From the NCBI GenBank assembly GCA_038065655.1, contig JBBTQO010000009.1, positions 218 through 64,217 of the forward strand: a stretch of DNA of 64,000 nt, given 5' to 3'. The position numbers were made by a program, and so were the translations under genes. Positions 9,422 through 17,714 of this stretch are shown here, in pieces. A model generated the notes under the pieces. It did no database searches. It was given only the letters and a program-made list of their open reading frames with translations, and had not been told where the DNA came from. This stretch comes from Patescibacteria group bacterium (GTDB lineage Bacteria; Patescibacteriota; Minisyncoccia; Phycocordibacterales; WO2-35-19). How positions within the stretch are numbered: position 1 is the first letter of the stretch; the number at the start of each line of letters is the position of its first letter.

Positions 9422-9682
9422 TTATTTATAAACATCGTGATCCCCAACTGATAAAATAGCTGCGATTTTTTTAGAAACATACCGAAAAACGATACAAGTT
9501 TTGTAATTAACTGAAAAACTATATCTGCCAGTTAATTTACCATGCAATTTGTGCACTTTGAGTTGTTGATGATTTTTGCGATTTTTAAAAAGATTTATTT
9601 TATCCAAAACCTCTTCACCTAAAGCATATTCTAATTTTTTAAACTCTTTTATAAAATTGGGAGTATAAATTAACTCAATCAT
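9422..9682 (-). CDS. RelE/YafQ-family type II toxin
   Basis: YTPNFIKEFKKL...LKVHKLHGKL...SFSVNY..IVF...VGDHDVY. Confidence 0.85.
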   Translation of the reverse strand: MIELIYTPNFIKEFKKLEYALGEEVLDKINLFKNRKNHQQLKVHKLHGKLTGRYSFSVNYKTCIVFRYVSKKIAAILSVGDHDVYK

Positions 9683-9683
9683 T

Positions 9684-9908
9684 TTAATTCTTAAATTTTT
9701 TAAGGATTTTTCTTAGATCACCATAGAATATTTTGCCATCCAAAAGTTCTTGTTCGGCCCGAAGAACTGAGGCGACAGCTTCATCTTCCGCAAGTAAATC
9801 AATAGCTTTACGAACAACCTCAGCTTTGTTTGAGGCAAATTTTTGTTTGATCATGGAATTTATAAATTCTTCCTGGCTAGAGTTTATGGGTATTGATAGG
9901 GTGGTCAT
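9684..9908 (-). CDS. RHH/ParD-like antitoxin
   Basis: MTTLSIPI...FASNKAEVVRKAI; directly upstream of the toxin. Confidence 0.75.
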   Translation of the reverse strand: MTTLSIPINSSQEEFINSMIKQKFASNKAEVVRKAIDLLAEDEAVASVLRAEQELLDGKIFYGDLRKILKKFKN

Positions 9909-9967
9909 ATTTGTATGATTATTTAATATGATAATATCATACATTAATCAATAAATTACGCAAGTGT

Positions 9968-10900
9968 TTAACCTCTTTTATTATGAAATTTTTTGTGGAT
10001 GTCGCGGAGGTGTTTGTCGGTGACATGGGTGTAGATTTGGGTGGTGCCTATGTTGGCGTGGCCGAGTAGAGCTTGCACAGAGCGCAGGTCGGCGCCATTT
10101 GAGAGTAAGTCGGTAGCAAAAAGATGGCGCATAGTGTGAGGCGTGACTTTTTTTGATATACCAGCTTTAATTGCATAATGTTTTACTATCCTCTCCACTG
10201 ATCTACGAGTAATGGCCAATCCTTTGCCGCGAGATTCTTGGGCCTTGCTGTTTTTTGATAGTTGAACAAAGAGTGCATCGTCCATATCTTTTCTCTTGGC
10301 TAAATATTCCTTCAAAACTTTTTTAGCATAGTCTGATATGAAAACCACTCGGAGCTTTCTGCCTTTGCCCATAATGGAAAGTTCGTCTGTAGTGAGGTCT
10401 ATATCGCGTGTTAGGGAACAAAGTTCAGAAACACGCAATCCGGTGGAAAAAAGTAATTCTAATATTGCCTTATCACGAAGTGCGTCAAGGCTATTATCTT
10501 TTGGGGCGTCTAACAATCTTTTTAATTCAGCGTTAGTGATGAGATCTAGAGATCTTTCAGGGGTTCTGGCCAGTTCAATCCTTTCCGAGGGCATAGACTT
10601 GATTTCTTGCCTAGCGAGATATTTTAGAAATGCCCTAATAGAGATTAAATAATAATTTTGGGTTTTTTTTGACATTGTTTCCCCTGTTTTTCTGTTGTTC
10701 CCTGTGACTTGGCGATTTAACCAAAGGCGGAATTCACGCACTACACTATCGGTAATGTCTTCAGGTTGTTTTGCTCCTGTTTGCTTTAAAAATACATCGA
10801 GATAATGCTGGTAATTCTCAACAGTTTTCAGAGCGCGACCCTTTTCAATCTCCACATATTCCAAAAATTGCCTTTTTAGTTGTTCTAGATCTTGTGCCAT
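9968..10900 (-). CDS. XerC/XerD-type tyrosine recombinase
   Basis: LFSTGLRVSEL, GKGRKLR, TPHTMRHLFAT, LLGHANIGTTQIYTH. Confidence 0.93.
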   Translation of the reverse strand: MAQDLEQLKRQFLEYVEIEKGRALKTVENYQHYLDVFLKQTGAKQPEDITDSVVREFRLWLNRQVTGNNRKTGETMSKKTQNYYLISIRAFLKYLARQEIKSMPSERIELARTPERSLDLITNAELKRLLDAPKDNSLDALRDKAILELLFSTGLRVSELCSLTRDIDLTTDELSIMGKGRKLRVVFISDYAKKVLKEYLAKRKDMDDALFVQLSKNSKAQESRGKGLAITRRSVERIVKHYAIKAGISKKVTPHTMRHLFATDLLSNGADLRSVQALLGHANIGTTQIYTHVTDKHLRDIHKKFHNKRG

Positions 10901-10903
10901 ATA

Positions 10904-10942
10904 TAACCCCACCCCTGACCCCTCCCCAAAGGGGAGGGGAAT
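10904..10942. repeat. Palindrome family B single copy; others at 17659-17703 and 62012-62045
   Basis: ACCCCACCCCTGACCCCTCCCCAAAGGGGAGGGGAA. Confidence 0.65.
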
Positions 10943-11025
10943 AAGAAGTGAAAGTAAATTGTATCACTTTTTAACGTCGCACAATATTTTTTCAAAACAA
11001 AATTAAGGAGTGTTATAATTTAAAT

Positions 11026-11292
11026 ATGAAAACATTAGAACAATTTAAAAAAGAAGCATTCAGAAGGTCTGGGGTAAAAAGGGCTTATATTGAAATGCAA
11101 CCAGAAATCAAGATAATTCGGGCTCTTATTGTTTCGAGAAATGAAAAGGGGATGTCTCAGAGAAAATTGGCACAAAAAATAGGTATTACTCAATCAGCCC
11201 TTGCTCGTTTTGAGGCAGGTAGGATAAATCCAACTCTTTCTTTTCTTCAAAAAATAACAACAGGTCTTGGTTTGAGGTTATTGGTAAAATAA
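11026..11292 (+). CDS. Orphan Xre/HigA-like HTH protein
   Basis: GMSQRKLAQKIGITQSALARFEAGRINPTL; close paralog of 22902..23195. Confidence 0.85.
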   Translation: MKTLEQFKKEAFRRSGVKRAYIEMQPEIKIIRALIVSRNEKGMSQRKLAQKIGITQSALARFEAGRINPTLSFLQKITTGLGLRLLVK

Positions 11293-11358
11293 TTCCTCTT
11301 CCTATTTCTTTATCTCTACCACTATTAGATACCCGTTTTAGGTGTTTGTAAACGAAAA

Positions 11359-11861
11359 TTATCTGATGCTTTCAAGAAATCTATCAATTTCTTTAAATGA
11401 AGAAAGCGTCACAACACTTTGTTTTTGTATGGTTCTAGAAGTTCTGAATGAGACATTTTCCCTTTTTTATATCCGAGCTTATATCTTTTATAGAAAACAT
11501 GCTTCATAAGACTCAAAATCCCTGAGATAGTCTCTTCTTTTCTAAATAATCCCCTTTTTAAAATAGAAAACCATTGGGATAAAATATTTTTATAACGGAG
11601 GTAGATAATAACATCTGCAGATTTTAATCCTGGTTCTAGAAGCCAATATGTTGTCCCCTCAACTATCCACTTACCACTTAAATAATTTTCGGATATCAAT
11701 TTTAAAGCTTCCTGTCTATCACGCGATTTTGAAAACTTTACCTCATAAAAATAATCGTCTGTTGAATGGTGTTGTATATTCAGCTTTTCTGAAATTATTT
11801 TTGCTAAAGTTGATTTTCCTCTACCAGCATCGCCTGTGATTATTATTTTATTGTAGTTCAT
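11359..11861 (-). CDS. FlaR/topology-modulation-like P-loop kinase with an apparent frameshift near the C-terminus
   Basis: GDAGRGKST, TDDYFY, WIVEG; removing an extra GT near 11415 restores KVVTLSSFKEIDRFLESIR*. Confidence 0.7.
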
Positions 11862-11911
11862 TATATCTTTATGAAATATTTAATTTTAGTATATCAAATA
11901 TTTTATTAAAA

Positions 11912-11937
11912 AAGACCGCTCATCGCTGAGCGGTCTT
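11912..11937 (-). terminator. Intrinsic terminator of orphan cassette
   Basis: AAGACCGCTCA-TCGC-TGAGCGGTCTT with T-run on the minus strand. Confidence 0.8.
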
Positions 11938-11997
11938 GTGAACTCTGATCACCTCCTCTCAGGTGAGACCTTTTTGTGGCTGGTCAGGCCGTTTACT

Positions 11998-12318
11998 TTA
12001 CCCTACACTCGGAACACGTCCGAATTTTTCTTGCACCTCTGCAAATGTTTGGGGTAGAGTTTGTTTTTCGACGTCAAAATCTTCAATAATAATGACGCCT
12101 TGTTCTTCCAGAGGTTCAAACGAGCCCTCTGCACAGTCGCTCCCCTGTCTTTTGCGGGGGAGGGTTACTACGCAGTTAGCCGTCTTGAGAGAGCATAGAA
12201 GAAACGAACCTTCTCCGTCACATCGGATGCACTTTCCTTTTGGAATGTGCAGAGCGATGTAATCGTTGTGTCCCTGAAGAACATAACCGTGTTCGTTAGT
12301 AAATCGAAATGCGTTCAT
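11998..12318 (-). CDS. Orphan protein with a CxxC motif
   Basis: AAGGAG SD before ATG 12318; promoter TTGACT-17-TATAAT at 12435-12407; terminator downstream. Confidence 0.65.
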   Translation of the reverse strand: MNAFRFTNEHGYVLQGHNDYIALHIPKGKCIRCDGEGSFLLCSLKTANCVVTLPRKRQGSDCAEGSFEPLEEQGVIIIEDFDVEKQTLPQTFAEVQEKFGRVPSVG

Positions 12319-12483
12319 GGTCAAACTCCTTATCCATACCTGCCTTTCGGTCAGGATTTTACTGGATTAAACTCAAAGAACTTTGGGCTTTTCAGCCTGC
12401 CCTTATATTATACACCCAATCAATATAAAAGTCAAGTAAAACGAAGGAAAATGGCTAAAAATAAAGTTTTTTGTGAAATAACG

Positions 12484-12598
12484 CCCATCACCTTCGCAAG
12501 GTGAGGGGCAACTTGCCGTGGGGCAAGTGGGGTGGGGTCGGAAGGAAATTTGAAGATGGTCTTTTGGGGTAGGATATTCAAAGATCATCTTCGGGAAA
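12484..12598. repeat. Composite repeat (family A hairpin plus CCCCTCACCTTGCGAAGGTGA hairpin); inverted copy of 56877-56988
   Basis: Reverse complement aligns over about 110 nt with 56877-56988. Confidence 0.85.
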
Positions 12599-12639
12599 GA
12601 GGATTTGCAAAAAAATGGGGTTTATGCTATCCTTTTGCC

Positions 12640-12912
12640 ATGCTTACAAAGAATAAAAAGCAAAGAATTATAAAGGAAGTAAAGGTACACGACACTGACA
12701 CTGGTTCTCCAGAAGTACAAATCGCGGTTCTTTCTCGTCGCATTGATGATTTGGCGGCACATTTAAAGAAAAACAAAAAAGATAAACATTCTCGTCGCGG
12801 TCTTTTGGGTTTAGTTGCTGACCGAAAGGCTCATATGAAATATTTGGAGAAAAAGGACACAAAGAGATATAATGCTCTTATTAAGAAGTTAGGACTTAAG
12901 AAAACTTCTTAA
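12640..12912 (+). CDS. rpsO: 30S ribosomal protein S15
   Basis: HDTDTGSPEVQIA...KDKHSRRGLL; true start is ATG 12640. Confidence 0.97.
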   Translation: MLTKNKKQRIIKEVKVHDTDTGSPEVQIAVLSRRIDDLAAHLKKNKKDKHSRRGLLGLVADRKAHMKYLEKKDTKRYNALIKKLGLKKTS

Positions 12913-12928
12913 ATTAATTTTTAATAAA

Positions 12929-13462
12929 ATGAGTGTAATTAAACATAAAAACCAGAGAGTTGGTATTTTTATTGATACGCAAAATTTATATCATAGTGCC
13001 AAAAACATTTATGGCGCCAAAGTAAATTTTGACCAAGTGGTCAAAGAAGGTTTGGCCGGAAGGTCACTTACTCGAGCAGTCGCCTATGTCATCACCACCG
13101 AATCTGGTGAAGAAAAAAGTTTTTTTGACGCTCTAGAAAAAATGGGGATTGAAACTAAAACCAAAAACTTACAAATTTTTGCCGGTGGCGCCAAGAAAGG
13201 GGATTGGGATGTGGGGCTTGCGGTTGACGCTATCAAACTAGCCCCTAAACTCGATGCTGTTATTTTAATCACTGGAGATGGGGACTTCGTACCATTGGTA
13301 GAATTTTTAAAAAATAATGGTTGCCAAGTGGAAGTGGCTTCTTTCGGTAAATCAACCTCGGCTCGCCTCATTGAGGCGGCGGATGATTTCATTGACCTCG
13401 ACAAAAATCCTCGCAAATATTTGATTTCAGCAATCAGAAACAAATCCCGAAATAGAATTTAA
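12929..13462 (+). CDS. NYN/LabA (DUF88) domain protein
   Basis: FIDTQNLY, KGDWDVGLAVD, GDGDFVPL, ADDFIDL. Confidence 0.9.
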   Translation: MSVIKHKNQRVGIFIDTQNLYHSAKNIYGAKVNFDQVVKEGLAGRSLTRAVAYVITTESGEEKSFFDALEKMGIETKTKNLQIFAGGAKKGDWDVGLAVDAIKLAPKLDAVILITGDGDFVPLVEFLKNNGCQVEVASFGKSTSARLIEAADDFIDLDKNPRKYLISAIRNKSRNRI

Positions 13463-13501
13463 TTTTATTTTTGCTATAATTAATCTTCCATCATATAAAT
13501 T

Positions 13502-15253
13502 ATGCATGTAGAAGATTCACAAATAAGAGATTTCATTATTGATGCCGGGCTTATCTCCAAATCAGAAGCCGAAGAAGCGGAGAAAGAAGCCAAATCAAAA
13601 AAGAAACCATTGGGTGAAATCCTGATATCAAAAGGCAAGTTTTCTGATGATGATTTAAGGAGGGTGCAAGCTTACATACTTGGTATCCCGTTTATAAATT
13701 TAAAAGGTCAAATCTTAAATAGAGATATTTTAAATCTTATTCCTGAACCGATTGCCAGAAAGCACAACATTGTGGCTTTTGAAAAAAAGGACGACTCGCT
13801 CGAGGTGGCGATGCTCGATACCGATGACCTCCAGGCCCTGAACTCAATCAAGAAAAAAGTGGGTTTGAAAATATTACCCCGCCTCACTGACTCGGAGTCA
13901 ATGCGTGGTGCTCTTATTCAATATCAAAAAAATCTTAAAGATGAATTTGGCGATATCATCAAAACTGATTCCGATGAGATAAAAACTATTACTGAAAAAT
14001 TACCAAACGAAAGCTCTTCCTTGGGAGATTTGAAAAAACTAGCCGAAGAATTGCCAGTAGTTAGGATTGTCGATACATTGCTCAAACACGCTATCATCCA
14101 AAATGCTTCTGATATTCACATTGAACCGTTGGAAGACCAGATTTTAGTGCGTTATCGCATTGACGGTATCTTGCACGATGCCATGATTTTACCTAAACAT
14201 ATTGGCTACTCTTTGGTAGCTCGTATCAAAGTGCTTTCCAGTTTAAAGCTAGATGAAAAAAGATTACCACAAGACGGCCGATTTAAAATTGATATGAATG
14301 GCGAGAAGGTTTCTTTTCGTGTTTCTACTTTACCGGTTTATTATGGAGAAAAGACGGTGATGCGACTTTTGCGCGAGTCGGTTTCCGGTTTTACTCTTGA
14401 GTCTTTAGGTTTTCATGGTCAAGGTTTAGAGCTTTTACATAAATCATTGCAACATACAACGGGTATGATTTTAACCACCGGCCCGACTGGATCAGGTAAA
14501 TCAACCACTTTGTATACAATGTTAGATATTTTAAATACTGCTGACGTCAACATTTCTACCATTGAAGATCCGATTGAATATCAAATGAAAAGAATAAACC
14601 AGACTCAGGTAAAACCGGAAATTGGGCTAACTTTTGCATCAGGCCTCCGAACTTTGGTGCGTCAAGACCCAGATATTATTATGGTGGGTGAAATTCGTGA
14701 TAATGAGACAGCCTCTTTGGCTATCAATGCATCATTAACTGGCCACTTAGTGCTATCAACTTTGCACACCAACTCCGCGGCTGGAGCAGTGCCTCGTTTG
14801 ATTGATATGAAAGTTGAACCATTTCTTATTATTTCCACCATTGACGCCATCATTGGCCAAAGATTAGTCAGAAAACTTTCAGATAAGAAAGAAAAATATT
14901 ATCTTTCTAAATCAGAAGTAGAATCAATTTCAAAAGTGGTCAATCTTGATATAGTCATTCAGGTTTTACAAGATGAAAAAATAGTAGGCAAAAAAGATGA
15001 TTGGGAAAATATACCATTTTATAGACCATCAAAAGATGCTGGAGAAGATGCTTTCAAAAGTCGTATCGGCATCTATGAAGTGCTCAATGTCTCTACTGCC
15101 ATTAAAGATTTAATTATCAAAGGTGCTTCCACTGAAGATATGGAACTGCAGGCCAAAAAAGAGGGAATGCTCACTATGCTTGAAGACGGTATTTTCAAAG
15201 CCGCCCAAGGTTTAACCACCATTGAAGAAGTTTTGCGAGTAGTGTCGGAATAA
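13502..15253 (+). CDS. pilB: Type IV pilus assembly ATPase (GspE/PilB)
   Basis: ASDIHIEP, RLPQDGR, GPTGSGKSTT, LVRQDPDIIMVGEIRD, TGHLVLSTLH. Confidence 0.93.
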   Translation: MHVEDSQIRDFIIDAGLISKSEAEEAEKEAKSKKKPLGEILISKGKFSDDDLRRVQAYILGIPFINLKGQILNRDILNLIPEPIARKHNIVAFEKKDDSLEVAMLDTDDLQALNSIKKKVGLKILPRLTDSESMRGALIQYQKNLKDEFGDIIKTDSDEIKTITEKLPNESSSLGDLKKLAEELPVVRIVDTLLKHAIIQNASDIHIEPLEDQILVRYRIDGILHDAMILPKHIGYSLVARIKVLSSLKLDEKRLPQDGRFKIDMNGEKVSFRVSTLPVYYGEKTVMRLLRESVSGFTLESLGFHGQGLELLHKSLQHTTGMILTTGPTGSGKSTTLYTMLDILNTADVNISTIEDPIEYQMKRINQTQVKPEIGLTFASGLRTLVRQDPDIIMVGEIRDNETASLAINASLTGHLVLSTLHTNSAAGAVPRLIDMKVEPFLIISTIDAIIGQRLVRKLSDKKEKYYLSKSEVESISKVVNLDIVIQVLQDEKIVGKKDDWENIPFYRPSKDAGEDAFKSRIGIYEVLNVSTAIKDLIIKGASTEDMELQAKKEGMLTMLEDGIFKAAQGLTTIEEVLRVVSE

Positions 15254-15348
15254 ATAAACTCAGTAAGAAAAGAATAACTCATCCCTAACCCTTCTCTTAC
15301 AACAAGAGAAGGGTTTCCGTGCAACTAGTACAAATAAGGCATTAATTT

Positions 15349-15684
15349 ATGTATAACGACCAGAAACAAAAAGAAAGAAGAAGAGAGCTTCGCAAAAATC
15401 AAACCGAAGCAGAAAAGATTTTGTGGCAGAAAATTAGAAATAGACAAATTAACAATTTTAAATTTCATCGTCAATATAGTGCTGGACCATATATTCTCGA
15501 TTTTTTCTGTCCAGAGATTCGTTTGGTAATAGAATTGGACGGTGAACAACATAAAGATACCAAAGAGTATGACAAAGAAAGAGAATTATTTCTGAAAGAC
15601 AAAGATATTAACGTGATCAGATTTTGGAATAATGAAGTTTTGGAGAATATTGAGAATATTTTAAATATCATTAGAGCATGCTAG
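15349..15684 (+). CDS. DUF559 (Vsr-like) endonuclease domain protein
   Basis: LRKNQTEAEKILW..KFHRQ..GPYILDFFC..LVIELDGEQH..YDKER..VIRFWNNEV. Confidence 0.92.
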   Translation: MYNDQKQKERRRELRKNQTEAEKILWQKIRNRQINNFKFHRQYSAGPYILDFFCPEIRLVIELDGEQHKDTKEYDKERELFLKDKDINVIRFWNNEVLENIENILNIIRAC

Positions 15685-15693
15685 ATTTAAGAG

Positions 15694-16277
15694 GTGAAAA
15701 TTAATAAATTACAGATAAACAAAAAAGCTTGGGATAAAGTTGCAGAACAATTTTTTTCTCACAGTGCTTTGCCGATATGGGGACCTTTTAATATAGGGAA
15801 GAACACAGATTTAATTGGTTCAATCAAAGGTAAAACATTTTTAGATATAGGATTTGGAAGCGGGCATTCAATAAAATATTTGATTGAAAGAGGAGCAAAA
15901 AAGGTATATGGCGTTGATATTTCAAACGCACAATTTCAATTTGCCAGTAAGCTCAACAAAAAACATGTTGAAGCTGGGACCACTCCTTTTTTACTGATGT
16001 AGAGGATTTGAAGGATAAGTTGGAAGTAAAGTATTCATATCACGATGAACATGAGGTATTTTAAAAAGAATGGAAAGGGGGGGCTCCTGTTTATTTAACT
16101 TATCGCAAAACTTCTACATGGTTTAAATTACTTCGAGAAACCGGTTTTAATGTAGTGGATTATCTGGAGCCGGAACCGATTTTAAAGAAAGATTTGAGCA
16201 AGTCGTATTACACAATAAACAAAGCTCAAAAAGTTCCTTGCTCAATGATTTGGGTGTGTGAAAAATCTGAAAAATAA
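15694..16277 (+). pseudogene. Class I SAM methyltransferase pseudogene
   Basis: FLDIGFGSG motif I, stop at 16002; C-terminal fragment YRKTSTWFKLLRETGF..EPEP...KSEK* in another frame ends 16277. Confidence 0.75.
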
Positions 16278-16442
16278 AAAACGGCAACAAACAATATATT
16301 TTTGTTCTTACCCCTCTCTTGTTGTAAGAGAGGTCGAGACGAAGTCCGGGTGAGTTATTTTAAAGAAAAAGAAATTGAGGCTAGTTATTTATACCCAAAA
16401 TTTTTTTATTATTTTTTATTATTGCTATAATTAAGACAAGTT

Positions 16443-17657
16443 ATGCCATTTTATAAATACAAATATTTAAAAGAAGGGAAGGAGTATGAAGAAACAAAAG
16501 AGTTTGCTGACAAAGCAACTCTCTATGCGGCAGTGCGTTCAAACAACGGATCGATACTTTCAGCCGAGGGAGTAAAATCCAAGAAAATTCCTTTCAAATT
16601 TTTCTCTTTTAGAAAAAAAGTAAAACCTCAAGAGGTTATTACCTTTGCCAAAAATCTTTCGGTGATGATAGATGCCGGGCTCTCGGTTTCTAGGGCGTTG
16701 GCTGTTTTAAGCAAACAAACAAAAAATAAAAATTTGGTTGCAGTTTTTGAGAGTATAAACACTTCAGTAAATGCTGGTGAAACACTATCAAAATCTTTAG
16801 AAGCGCATTCAGAAATATTTTCCAGTTTGTTTGTCTCTATGGTTAGAGCCGGTGAGGAATCAGGTAAATTATCCTATTCTCTAAAAGTTATTGCTGATCA
16901 ACTTGAAAAATCTCATGCTATTTCTAAAAAAATAAAAGGAGCGATGATTTATCCTATTGTTATTGTTTGTGTGATGGTGGTTATCGGTATTGTTTTGATG
17001 GTTTATATGGTGCCAACCCTGACTGAAACTTTTAAAGGGCTTAATATTAAATTACCATTACCAACTAGAGTTATTATAGCAATCAGTGATTTTTTGATAG
17101 CTAATCTTCTTTTGACTGTGGGGACTCTTGTTGCTATTGGCATCAGTTTTGCTTATAGTCTTAAAACCCAAAGAGGCAAAAATACTTTAGATTTTATTAC
17201 CTTGCATATGCCAATGATTAAAAATATGTCTAAAGAAGTAAACGCCGCCAGGACGGCTAGAACTCTTTCTTCTCTCATTTCGTCTGGAGTAGATATTGTT
17301 TCTGCCGTTGGTATCACCAGTGCAGTATTGCAAAACCATTATTTCAAAGATTTGTTAGATGTGGCAGCTAAAAAAGTAGAAGTAGGTGAACTATTATCGG
17401 TCTCTCTTTCCAATGCAAACGGCAATCTTTACCCCGTTTTTGTGAGTGAAATGCTTAGTGTGGGCGAGGAAACCGGCAAAATAACCGAAATGCTCGACAA
17501 TATCGCTACCTATTATGAAAGCGAAACAGATCAAAAAACCAAGGACTTGTCGACTATTATTGAACCATTCCTTATGATTTTGATTGGTATTGTAGTTGGT
17601 ATCTTTGCGATCGCCATGATGCTCCCGACTTATTCTTTGGTTGACGCAATTCAGTAA
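16443..17657 (+). CDS. pilC: Type IV pilus platform protein (GspF/PilC)
   Basis: MVRAGEESGKL, AMIYP, VGEETG, IEP. Confidence 0.93.
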   Translation: MPFYKYKYLKEGKEYEETKEFADKATLYAAVRSNNGSILSAEGVKSKKIPFKFFSFRKKVKPQEVITFAKNLSVMIDAGLSVSRALAVLSKQTKNKNLVAVFESINTSVNAGETLSKSLEAHSEIFSSLFVSMVRAGEESGKLSYSLKVIADQLEKSHAISKKIKGAMIYPIVIVCVMVVIGIVLMVYMVPTLTETFKGLNIKLPLPTRVIIAISDFLIANLLLTVGTLVAIGISFAYSLKTQRGKNTLDFITLHMPMIKNMSKEVNAARTARTLSSLISSGVDIVSAVGITSAVLQNHYFKDLLDVAAKKVEVGELLSVSLSNANGNLYPVFVSEMLSVGEETGKITEMLDNIATYYESETDQKTKDLSTIIEPFLMILIGIVVGIFAIAMMLPTYSLVDAIQ

Positions 17658-17714
17658 TATAACCTCACCCCCCAACCCCTCTCCTAGAAGCAGGAGAGGG
17701 GAGAAAAAAGAAAA

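Larger units (their letters stand above)
15273..16359. mobile_element. Candidate DUF559 cassette bounded by inverted family B ends
   Basis: Left end AATAACTCATCCC..CTCTTACAACAAGAGAAGGG (15273-15313); right end CCCCTCTCTTGTTGTAAGAGAGG..GGGTGAGTTATT (16311-16359); interrupts pilB-pilC. Confidence 0.6.

Noticed and set aside
9968-10900. Integron integrase explaining the cassettes
   Set aside because: It looks like a housekeeping Xer recombinase without an evident IntI insertion. The cassettes are dispersed, carry their own promoters, and show no RYYYAAC/GTTRRRY attC boxes.
11409-11411. TGA recoding (genetic code 25) to extend the kinase ORF
   Set aside because: TGA ends other genes normally (rnhA, adk, pilins), and a 2-nt frameshift explains the truncation better.
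11947-11957. 16S rRNA fragment
   Set aside because: The match is limited to 11 nt and the flanks are not rRNA-like; retained only as an SD-like motif.
12532-12639. N-terminal extensions in the ORF track for rpsO, rpsL, pnp, rpsN, the PaaX-like gene and the gene at 52474
   Set aside because: The extensions run through repeats, promoters, leaders or a tRNA; downstream ATGs match family N-termini.
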